DNA of 64,000 nucleotides from contig NC_086109.1 in the NCBI RefSeq assembly GCF_963921235.1, forward strand, positions 12,028,001 through 12,092,000, written 5' to 3'. Shown one piece after another: positions 23,827-35,800 of this stretch. The notes beneath the pieces were generated by a model that did not search any database, was not told the DNA's origin, and saw nothing but the letters and a program-made list of their open reading frames with translations. The stretch is from Mobula hypostoma (taxonomy: Eukaryota). Each line of letters opens with the position of its first letter. Within the stretch, counting starts at the first letter, position 1. Both the position numbers and the translations under genes were made by a program.

Positions 23827-26800
23827 ATATATATAAAATAGTTAGATTAAATATGCAGTGAAAAAACAGAAACAAAAATATGTGACAAAGTGTTCATGGG
23901 TTCACTGTCAGTTCAGAAATCGGATGGCAGAGGGGATGTAGACCCTTGGGATATTGGAACTGTCCTGACCCTTCGCAGTGAAGACACAGAAGATATTTTA
24001 GTGGAGAACAGAAAGTAAAGCCCTGATAAATGTACCATCAGATTCTTGAAGATATAGGTGGAATATTGGACCATGACCATGAATTGGGTGAGATCAACAT
24101 GAGTTGGGTTTCTTGTCTGCTGCGTATTCCTAGTAGGACTCTGCACGACTGCGGAGCCTCGGGGATATCAATGATACCTTGGCCGTTCCTAGAGAAAACT
24201 TGGATCAGACATTTCAATAGAGACATAAAGTCAATCACTGCGTTACATACCGTCAGACACTTGCAGATGTACGTTAACCATTGGGTCATAACCTGATGTT
24301 GTAATTGCACAGCTGTACCATCCTGTATCTTCAGAGCGAAGATCCTTCATTGTAACAGTAAATATCCTCCGTTCCGGGTTATCTGTGATTGATACTCGTC
24401 CACGCTGTCCGTGATGCTCGTTTGTTTCCACTAAAACTGAACAATGACGACTCCATCCATGGCACCAATACTTTGTGTGTGAGCTGTACGTTGCTTCATA
24501 GTGACAATCGATTGTGATCGTTCTTCCCACAACTCCTGTTACATTTTTCTCTGCCCACAATGCACCTGAAACTGAGGAGAACATGTTTCCGTAAATCAGA
24601 ATCAGGTGTAATATCAACAGCACATGTTGTGAAATTTGTTAACTTTGTGGCAGTACTACAATGCAATACAGGATAATATCGAACAAAAAACTATCCATTG
24701 CATTAATAATATACGAGGGATGATTGATAAGTTTGTGGCCTAAGGTAGAAGGAGTCAGTTTTAGAAAACCTAGTACATTTATTTTTCAACATAGTCCCCT
24801 TCTACATGTACACACTTAGTCCAGCAGTCGTGGAGCATACGCATCCCTTCTTTGTAGAAGTGGTTCACACCAGTGGTGATTGATAAGTTTGTGGCCTGAG
24901 GTAGAAGGAGATGAATTATTAACTTCAAACATTCTGCATTTTCACTCAAAGAGTTGAACTGCACGTGCATGTAACGAGAGTGTCTTGGACCTCCAGGTGG
25001 TCCAGAGCAGGGGTGATTGATAAGTTTGTGGCCTGAGGTAGAAGAAGATGAGTTATACAGCTCTCGTTACATGCACTTGCAGTTCAACTCTTTGAGTGAA
25101 AATGCAGAAGGTTTGAAGTTAATAACCCATCTCCTTCTACCTCAGGCCACAAACATATCAATCACCCCTGCTGTGGGCCACCTTCTGGAGGTCCAAGACA
25201 CCGACTTCGACAAAGAAGGGATCCATATGCTCCACAACCGCTGAACTAAGTGTGTAAATGTAGGAGGGGACTATGTTGCAAAATAAATGTGCTAAGTTTT
25301 CTACAATTGGCTCCTTCTACCTTAGGCCACAAACTTGTCAATCAACCCTTGTGTGTGTATATGTATTAAGTAGTTAGATTAAATATGCAGTGAAAAAACA
25401 GAAACAAAAATATGTGACAAAGTGTTCATGGGTTCACTGTCAGTTCAGAAATCGGATGGCAGAGGGGATGTAGACCCTCGGGATATCGGAACTGTCCTGA
25501 CCCTTCGCAGTGAAGACACAGAAGATATTTTAGTGGGGAACAGAAAGTAAAGCCCTGATAAATGTACCATCAGATTCTTGAAGATATAGGCGGAACATTG
25601 GACCACGACCATGAATTGGGTGAGATCAACATGAGTTGGGTTTTTTGACTGCTGCGTATTCCTAGTAGGACTCTACACTACTGCGGAGCCTCGGGGATAT
25701 CAATGATACCTTGGCCGTTCCTAGAGAAAACTTGGATCAGACATTTCAATAGAGACATAAAGTCAATCACTGCGTTACATACCGTCAGTTACTTGCAGAT
25801 GTACGTTAAACATTGGGTCATAACCTGATGTTGTAATAGCACAGCTGTACCATCCTGTATCTTCAGAGCGAAGATCCTTCATTGTAACAGTAAATATCCT
25901 CCGTTCCGGGTTATCTGTGATTGATATTCGTCCACGCTGTCCATGATGCTCATTTGTTTCCACTAAAACTGAACAATGACGACTCCATCCATGGCACCAA
26001 TACTTTGTGTGTGAGCTGTACGTTGCTTCATAGTGACAATCGATTGTGATCGCTCTTCCCACAACTCCTGTTACATTTTTCTCTGCCCACAATGCACCTG
26101 AAACTGAGGAGAACATGTTTCCGTAAATCAGAGTCAGGTTTAATATCAACAGCACATGTTGTGAAGTTTGTTAATTTGTGGCAGTACTACAATGCAATAC
26201 AGGATAATACAGAACAAAAAAAAACTGTCCATTGCAGTATTTATATATATTGAATAGTTAGATTAAATATGCAGTGAAAAAACAGAAATAAAAATAAGTG
26301 ACGAGGTGTTCTTGTGTTCAATGTCCATTCAGAAATTGGATGCAGAGGGGACGAAGCTGTTTCTGAAATTCTGAATGCATGCTTTCAGGCTTCTGTACCT
26401 CTTTCCTGAAGGTAACAATGACAAGAAGGCATGTCCTGGGTGGCAGAGGTCCTTTTTGAGGCACTGTTTCTTGAGGATGTCTTGTAAACTGTGGAGTCGA
26501 GTATCCGTGATGGGTCTGACTAATTTGACAACTCTCTGCAGCTTACTTTGATGCTGTGCAGTATCAGCGTTCCCTCCCGCTCCCCCCCCCCACCCGGCCC
26601 ACATCCCCAAATACCAGACAGTGACGCAGCTAGTCAGAATGCTCTCCACAGTACATATGTAGATATTTAGGTGACATACCAATTCTTCTCAAAATCCTAA
26701 TTAAACACAGCCACTGTCTTGCCTTCTTCACAGCTGCATCAATTTGCTGGGGTCAGATTACGTCCTCAGAGATACTAATGCCCAGTAACCTGAAATTGCT

Positions 26801-29800
26801 CACTCTCTCCACTTCCAATCCCTCTACAAAGACTGGTGTGTGTACCCTCCTCTTACCTTTTCTCAAGGCCACAATCAGTGAGTGCAAGGACGTTGCCACA
26901 ACACCTCTCCACTTGCTGGTATATCTACTCCTGCACACCCTCTCATTTCCACCTGATATTCTGCCAACAATGGGTGTATCGTCAGCAGATTTATAGATGA
27001 CATTTGAGCTGTGCCCAGCCACTCTGTCAGGGGTGTAGAGAGAACATGAGCAGCGAGCTAACCACACGTCCCTGAGGTGAACCACTGTTGATTGTCAGTG
27101 AGGTGGAGTTGTTATTTCCAGATTGAGGTCTTCCATTTGCAGAGGGAGGTACAGAAGCCCAGGTTCTATAACTCTTCAAAAAGCACTGTAGGAAGGACGG
27201 TGTTAAACACTGAGCTATAGTGAATAAATAGCATGCTGACATAGGTATTTTATTGTCCAGGTGATTCAAGGCTGCATGGACAGCCAATGAGATTGCATCC
27301 ACTGTAGATCTATTGTGGCAATAGGCAAATTGCTGTGGTGCAGGTCCTGGCCGAGGCAGGAGTTGATTCTGGCCACGACCAGCTTCTCAAAGTACTTCAT
27401 CACGTAGATGTGAGTGCGACTGGATGATAATCATTCAGCCAGCTCACACTGGTGTTCTTGGGCACTGGTATAATTGTTGCCCTTTCGAAGCAAGTGGGAA
27501 TTTCTTGCTGTAGCAATGAGAGATTGAAAATGTCTTTTAACTTTTTCAATCTCTCGAAATTTCTTGAGTGGACAAAAAGAAACTGCTTCGCAAACAACTT
27601 TCTGGAGCAACTCACAAAGCAATGGAGGAAATCAGTTGGTCAGCCAACATCTGTTGCAGTTTCAGGTCGGAAACCTATGTCAGGTCAATAACCTCAGCCG
27701 TCCCATCCCCTGACAGATGCTGAAGTCCTGACCCACTGAGTTCCTCCAGCTGATAGTTTGTCACTCCAAATTCTGGAGTCCACAGATCTTTGTATCCTCA
27801 AAATCTTTTCAATATTCAGCGTGAATATCCTGGCTGTGCTGGTGAATATCCATCCCTTTACAAAGACCCCAATCAGACATTCACCCCTGTTTGTGGTCAG
27901 AAGGTAGGAGGATTGGCAGTCACCAATGTTTGGCTTATACCCTTGCCGTGGAACAGTTGCATCTTCAATGCGTGGCTTCTAACGGTATCTCCCAGCTTTC
28001 TACTCAGCTTCTTCCTCAGATCCCAACTTTTCCAAGGACATTCAGTGCATGTATTCCCCTGAATGGTGAGAGACCACAGACTGAGGGAGACAAGAGACAC
28101 CGTCTACTTCTTGGGGAGCAGGGTGAGGGGAGGGGTCATTGAGGGCAGTTGATTTCTATTCACCTGAAATTTGAGGGCAGAAGAATGTACTATATATACA
28201 GAAAATGTTGAATCCCAAAATAACATTAGGGTCTTCATACATTCTGGTTTTGTTCTTGGCAAAAACGGACATTGACATATGTCACCAGAATTTCCTGTCA
28301 ACCAAAAAATAAAATATTCAGTCCCACTTCTGTTTTCCTGGAGCAGGATCATAGAACTTATGACTTAAGAGGCCATTCAGCCCTTTCTTCAGTACTGGTT
28401 GAAGAAGCGCTGTATGTTCTGGTCCTCCCTCTAACACTGGGTCCTTTGCCCGGCAGGTGACAGCACTTCAGATACACCTTCCAGGCTCAGTTTACTGTGC
28501 TGAAGGTTCCTGACTCTACCAACTGTTCAGGAAGAGCATTTCAGAATGCTACCGCTTACTCACTTCTCCATGGATCATCACCTTGTGGTGGTGGAGAGGC
28601 TTGTGATTTCCTGACATCCTGGGAGCGATGCCATCCGGTATGGTCCTCCATGGCAGAAAGGTCAAGGGGGAAGTTCCAGTCAAAGATTAATCTAAACAAG
28701 ACCTTGACAGTGGAGCCAATGAAAGATGACTAGTAGTGTTCCATAATGATCTGTGCTGGAACAACTTATTTTTACTTTATATGTCAATGACCACTTATTT
28801 TTCCTGTTTCATTCCTGTAGAATTAGGTAGCATGCCTGCAGGGTTAGTGCTTTGTTCAGGGTGTCAGATGTGGGAATCCTGGGAGACTTCCAGCCTCCCT
28901 GATGGTCACATCTGCACCAGGTGCACCGAGTTGCAGCTCCTCAGAGACCGTGTTAGGGATCTGGAGCTGCAGCTTGATGACCTACTGCTTATCAGGGAAA
29001 GTGAAAAGGTGATAGACAGGAGCTACAGGGAGGTAGTCATCCCTAGGCTACAGGGGTCAGAAAGCTGGGTCACTGTCAAGAGAGGGAAGGGAAATGCCCA
29101 GATAGTGGAGAGCACCCCTGTGGCTGTCCCCCTCAGCCACAAATATCTTGTTCTGGATGCTGTTGAGGGGGATGACCTGACCGGGGATGCCCACGGTGAC
29201 CGGGTCTCTGGCACTGAGCCTGGCACTGTTGTGCAGGAGAGAAGGAGGGAGAAGAGAAATGCAGTAGTCGTGGGGGATTCCTTAGTCAGGGGAACAGACA
29301 GGAGATTCTGTGAGCCTGACAGAGATACCCGCATGGTGTGTTGCCTCCCAGGTGCCAGGGTACGGGATGTCTCGGATCGGGTCCTGAATATTCTAAAGGG
29401 GGAGGGTGAGCAGCCAGTTGTCTTGGTACATATTGGTACCAATGACATAGATAGGACAAAGGAGGAGGTCCTGAAGAGAGATTTCCAGGAGCTAGGAAGG
29501 AAGCTGAGAAGCAGGACCTCCAGTGTAGTAATCTCGGGATTGCTACCTGTGCCACGTGCTAGCGAGGGCAAGAGTAGTCGGATCAGGCAGATGAATGCCT
29601 GGCTGAGAGACTGGTGTAGGGGGCAGGGCTTCAGATTCTTGGATAATTGGGATCTTTTCTGGGGGAAGTATGACCTGTTCAAGAAGGACAGGTTACACCT
29701 GAACCCGAAGGGGACCAATATCCTGGCGGGAAAGTTTAATAGAGCTGTTAGGGAGGGTTTAAACTAATTTGGCAGGGGGATGGGAACCGGAATGATAGAG

Positions 29801-32800
29801 CGGAGGAAGGGTAAAACAGAAATAAATCTAAGATAGTGAGCAGTAAAGATGTCAGGAAAGACAGGCAGGTGATGGGGCAAATTTGTAGCCATTGGGATGA
29901 GTTGCAGTGCAATAAAGTTGCAGTGGAATCAAAGCAAAAAGTATCAAATACTGGTCTTAAGGTGTTGTACTTAAATGCACGCAGCATAAGGAATAAGGTG
30001 GATGATCTTTTTGTACAGCTACAGATTGGCAGGTGTGATATTGTGGCCATCACTGAGACGTGGCTAAAGGATACATGTCTCTGGGAGCTGAACGTCCAAG
30101 GATACACGGTGTATCAGAAGGATAGGAAGGTAGACAGAGGGGGAGGGGTGGCTTTATTGGTAAGAAATGATATTAAATCATTAGAAAGAGGTAATGTAGG
30201 ATTGGAAGGTGCAGAATCTTTATGGGTTGAGCTAAGAAATAGCAGGGGTAAAAGGACCCTGATGGCAGTTATTTATAGGCCTCCAAACAGCTGCAGGGAT
30301 GTGGACTACAAATTACAACTGGAAATAGAAAAGGCTTGTCAGAAGGGCAGTGTTATGATAATTGTGGGGGATTTTAACATGCGAGTAGATTGCGAAAATT
30401 AGGTCAGCACTGGATCTCAAGAGAGAGAATTTGTAGAATGTCTGCGAGATGGCTTTTTAGAACAGCATGTTGTTGAGCCTACTAGGGGATCGGCTGTACT
30501 GGATTGGGTATTGTGTAATGAACCGGAGGTGAAGGAACCCTTAGGAGGCAGTGATCATAATATGATTGAGTTCACTGTGAAATTAGAAAAAGAGAAACCG
30601 AAATCTGTGTCGGTATTTCAGTGGAGTAAAGGAAATTACAGTGGCATGAGAGAGGAACTGGCCAAAGTTGACTGGAAAGAGACACTGGCGGGAAAAACAG
30701 CAGAGAAGCAGTGGCTGGAGTTTATGCAAGAAATGAGGAATGTGCAAGACGGGTATATTCCAAAAAAGAAGAAATTTTCGAGTGGAAAAAGGATGCAACC
30801 GTGGTTGACAAGAGAAGTCAAAGCCAAAGTTAAAGCAAAAGAAAGGGCATACAAGGAAGCAAAAATTAGTGGGAAGAGAGAGGATTGGGAAGTCTTTAAA
30901 ACCTTACAAAAGGAAACTAGAAGGTCATTAAGAGAGAAAAGATTAACTATGAAAGGAAGCTAGCAAATAATATCGAAGAGGATACTAAAAGCTTTTTCCA
31001 AGTATATAAAGAGTAAACGACAGGTGAGAGTAGATATAGGACCGATAGAAAATGATGCTGGAGAAATTGTAATGGGAGATGAGGAGATGGCAGAGGAACT
31101 GAACGAGTATTTTGCATCAGTGTTCACTGAGGAAGACAGCAGTATACCGGACACTCAAGGGTGGCAGGGAAGAGAAGTGTGCGCAGTCACAATTACGACA
31201 GAGAAAGTACTTAGGAAGCTGAATAGGCTAAAGGTAGATAAATCTCCTGGACCAGATGGAATGCACCCTCGTGTTCTGAAGGAAGTAGCTGTGGAGATTA
31301 CGGAGGCATTAGCGATGATCTTTCAAAAGTTGATAGATTCTGGCATGGTTCCGGAGGACTGGAAGATTGCAAATGTCACTCCGCTATTTAAGAAGGGGGC
31401 AAGGAAGCAAAAAGGAAATTGTAGAACTGTTAGCTTGACATCCGTAGTTGGGGAGTTGTTGGAGTCGATTGTCAAGGATGAGATTACAGAGTACCTGGAG
31501 GCATATGACAAGATAGGCAGAAATCAGCATGGATTCCTTAAAGGAAAATCCTGCCTGACAAACCTATTACAATTTTTTGAGGAAATTACCAGTAGGCTAG
31601 ACAAGGGAGATGCAGTGGATGTTGTATATTTGGATTTTCATAAGGCCTTTGACAAAGTGCCACACATGAGGCTACTTAACAAGATAAGAGCCCATGGAAT
31701 TACGGGAAAGTTACATACGTGGATAGAGCATTGGCTGATTGGCAGGAAACAGAGAGTGGGAATAAAGGGATCCTATTTTGGTTGGCTGCCGGTTACCAGT
31801 GGTGTTCCGCAGGGATCAGTGTTGGGGCCGCTTCTTTTTACATTGTACATCAACGATTTAGATTATGGAATAGATGGCTTTGTGGCTAAGTTTGCTGACG
31901 ATACGAAGATAGGTGGAGGGGCCGGTGGTGCTGAGGAAACGGAGAGTCTGCAGAGAGACTTGGATAGATTGGAAGAATGGGCAGAGAAGTGGCAAATGAA
32001 GTACAATGTTGGAAAGTGTATTGTTATGCACTTTGACAGAAAAAATAAACGGGCAGACTATTATTTAAATGGGGAAAGAATTCAAAGTTCTGAGATGCAA
32101 CGGGACTTGGGAGTCCTCGTAACGGATACCCTTAAAGTTAACCTCCAGGTTGATTCAGTAGTGAAGAAGGCGAATGCAATATTGGCATTCATTTCTAGAG
32201 GAATAGAGTATAGGAGCAGGGATGTGATGTTGAGGCTCTATAAGGCGCTGGTGAGACCTCACTTGGAGTACTGTGAGCAGTTTTGGTCTCCTTATTTAAG
32301 AAAGGATGTGCTGACGTTGGAGAGGGTACAGAGAAGATTCACTAGAATGATTCTGGGAATAGGAGGGTTAACATATGAGGAACGTTTGTCTGCTCTTGGA
32401 CTGCATTCCTTGGAGTTTAGAAGAATGAGGGAAGACCTGATAGAAACATTTCGAATGTTAAAAGGCATGGACAGAGTGGATGTGGCAAAGTTGTTTCCCA
32501 TGATGGGGGAGTCTAGTACGAGAGGGCATGACTTAAGGATTGAAGGGCGCCCTTTCAGAACAGAAATGCGAAGAAATTTTTTTAGTCAGAGGGTAGTGAA
32601 TCTATGGAATTTGTTGCCATGGGCAGCAGTGGAGGCCAAGTCATTGGGTGTATTTAAGGCAGAGATTGATAGGTATCTGAGTAGCCAGGGCATCAAAGGT
32701 TATGGTGAGAAGGCAGGGGAGTGGGACTAAATACGAGAAAATGGATCAGCTCATGATAAAATGGTGGAGAAGACTCGATGGGCTGAATGGCCTACTTCTG

Positions 32801-35800
32801 CTCCTTTGTCTTATGGTCTTATGGTCTTATGATAGAATTGATGACTTTGTTGCAAAGTTTGTAAATGATATGAAGATAAGTGTGGGGGGGCAGGTAGTTT
32901 TGAGGAAGTAGAGAAGCTACAGATGGACTTACGCAGTTGAGGACAATGAGAAAAGAAGTGGCAGATGGAATACAGTGTTGAGAATTGTATGTTCATGCAC
33001 TTTGACAGAAGAAATTAAAGGGTAGACTATTTTCTAAATGGAGAGAAAATACAAAAAAAAACTGAGACACAAAGGGAATTGGGAGTCCTTCTACAGGATT
33101 CCCTAAAGGTTAATTCGTCGGCTGAGTTAATGGTGAGGGAGGCAAATGCGATGTTAGCATTTATTTTGAGAAGACTAGGATATAACATCAAGGATGTAAA
33201 GTGAGGTTTTATAAAGCACTGCTAAGGTATCACTTGGAGTATTATGAGACGTTTTGTTCCCCTTATCCAAGAAGGGATGAGCTGACGTTGGAGAAGGTTC
33301 AAAGGAGTTTCACAAAAATGAATCTGGGATTGAAAGGCTTGTCATATGAACAGTGTTTGATGGCTCTCAGCCTCTATGCACTGGAATTCATAGAAATGAA
33401 GGGTGACCTCATTGCAGCTTATCAAATGTTGAAAGGAATTTCTTTAGCTAGAGAGTGGTGGATCTGTGGAATTTATTACCACAGGCAGCTGTGGAGGTCA
33501 AGTCATTGGGTATATTTAAGGCAGAGGTTGAAAGATTCTTGATTAGTCAGGGCATGAAGGGTTATGGGGACGAGGCAGGAGACTGGAACTGAGAAAAATG
33601 GATCAGACACAATGAAATGGCAGAGCAGACTCAAAGGGCCGAATTCTGCTCCTATATCTTATGGCTTGACACAAGATGGTCAGCAGTTGGATCAGTGCTC
33701 TCGGCCCTGGGTTGGCGTTTGGACCCAGTCTGGTGCATTCGGCCCCAGGTGGGCAGTGCTCAGCCCTGAATCAGCGCATTCAGCTCCAGGTGGGTGGCGT
33801 CTGGTCCTGGATTGGAGGCATTAGGACCCAGGTCGGTGGTCACGCTTTACGGAAGGACTGAGTTCGTGTGGCTGCTCCCCTCGTATGCAGAGAAAAGACA
33901 TTTCTCATTTTCTGAGATTTGTCTGATTATTGGGCTGTCCTTTGTATTGATCTCCTTCAGTTTTGGTATTTTCTTGCTTGTGGTCAATTGGCAGGTGGGT
34001 GACCTGCTAATTTTTTTTGTGTGCAAGTGGGGGGTGGTAATTTGGTGCTACCATTGCTATTCTTTTCTGCGAATGAGTGAGTCGGGGATCGTTATGTGCA
34101 GAGAATCATTGATTTTTTTTTGCTGCAGAGGAGGGGGGAATTTTGGGGTCTGTAAGTTCTGTTTCTCTTCTTTTTCATGCTGGTTGGGGGTGGAGTTGAT
34201 GTCTTTTATTTCATCATCACCCATGGTCTTTCTGTATTTAATGGCTATCTGGAGTAGACAAATATCAGAGTTTACCGTACCTACTATATATACTTTGACA
34301 ATAAAATGAGCTATTATAGTCTTATGAAGACACATCACAATGGCAATGAAGGTGGAGGAGGGTTGTCGCAGTGGAGGGTCCCCAGTCATCTTGCATTCCA
34401 TACTGTTTGACACTGACCCAATCTAACAAGGATCAGCTTGTGTCTCCCATGCATCAGCCTCCACACATTGAACAAAGTCACACACAGGTCTTCTCCTTGA
34501 AGGGACTCCATGCTAACATCCCAGATTAACTCTGGTGGTGATCAGCAAGTGGCGTGAGGGGGCAGAATTGTCATTATATGGATCCTACTGACACCTGAGG
34601 ACCCACCAATAGACAACTCCTGAGGAGAACGTCACTCATGAGTCGAGTGATGACACTACTACTACTCCTGCCTGGAGAAAAGCTTTTTCATCAACTTTTA
34701 ACCTAAGACCCCTCTTTTCAACACTCACCTAAGTCATCAAAATTCAATCCATTCATGCTTTTGATGCCCATTATAATTTTTCACAACACAATTAAGTCTC
34801 CTCTCTGTCTCCTTAGTTTCAACAAAACAACCCCTGCCAATCCAATCAATCATCTGACTGAAGCGTTCAGTCCGAAGCACATTGTCACTAATTTCTTCTG
34901 CAGTCATCCCCAATGCATTCTTGTCTTTCTAGACAATTGGGCCTTGTTCCAGGGAAGGTGGGACCTGTTCCGACGGGACGGGCTGCACCTGAACTGGAGG
35001 GGGACTAACATCCTTGCAGGAAGGTTTGCTAGTGCTGCTCTTGGGGGTTTAAATAGATTTGCACGGGGAGGGGAACCAGAATGTTAGAGCAGATAATGGG
35101 GTGGAGGAGGATAAAGGTCATGTGAGAACTGCAAGTATAGTACATGGAGTAAAGCTAGATCTGACATATAAAGAGGCTTTGAGGAAAGAGAAGCAGAATA
35201 AACGGTGTAAAGGTAGTAAGGTAGAAGGGCTAAAGTGCATGTACTTCAATGCAAGAAGCATCAGGAACAAATATGATGAACTGAGAGCTTGGATACGTAC
35301 ATGGAATTATGATGTAGTGGCCACTACAGAGACTAGGCTGGCACTAGGGCAGGAATGGATTCTCAATATTCCTGGATTTCAGTGCTTTAAAAGGAATAGA
35401 GAGGGGGGGAAAGGGGAGGAAAGGTGGCATTACTGGTCAGGGATATTATTACAGCTACCGAAAGGGTGGGTAATGTAGCAGGATCCTCTTTTGAATCAGT
35501 GTGGGTAGAAGTCAGGAACAGGAAGGGAGCAGTTACTCTATTGGGGGTATTCTATAGGCCCCCTGGTAGCAGCAGAGATAGAGGAGCAGACTGGGAGGCA
35601 GATTTTGGAAAGGTGAAAAATAACAGGGTTGTTATCATGGGTGACTTTAACTTCCCTAATATTGATCGGTACCTGATTAGTTCCAATGGTTTAGACAGGG
35701 CAGAGTTTGTTAGGTGTGTCCAGGACGGATTCCGGTCACAGTATGTTGACAGGCCGACAAGGGAGAGGGCCATATTAGATCTAGTATTAGGCAACAAACT

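Larger units (their letters stand above)
28815..32831 (+). mobile_element. Near full-length CR1 LINE in intron 1
   Basis: ORF1 plus ORF2 (APE-RT); tail (TCTTATGG)n ending at ~32831. Confidence 0.93.

Noticed and set aside
24572-24623. Apparent built-in signal peptides ([17 protein letters not shown]...) on the V-exon ORFs in the ORF track
   Set aside because: The listed start at 24623 is GTG, the nearby ATG is out of frame, and the sequence is the Rex tail in the intron. A proper leader exon exists at 44100-44136.
23299-25351. Short repeated units resembling a CRISPR array
   Set aside because: Units occur in both orientations, are mariner TIR copies with non-unique spacers, and there are no cas genes in this eukaryotic sequence.
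28104-28352. ORF with MKTLMLFW... as a leader candidate
   Set aside because: It ends in phase 0 at the only good donor, which is incompatible with the phase-1 V exons, and it is a poor signal peptide.
29023-29718. 231-aa antisense ORF (similar ones at 36168-36578, 39489-39992, 53945-54673)
   Set aside because: These are reverse-strand shadows of CR1 coding sequence.
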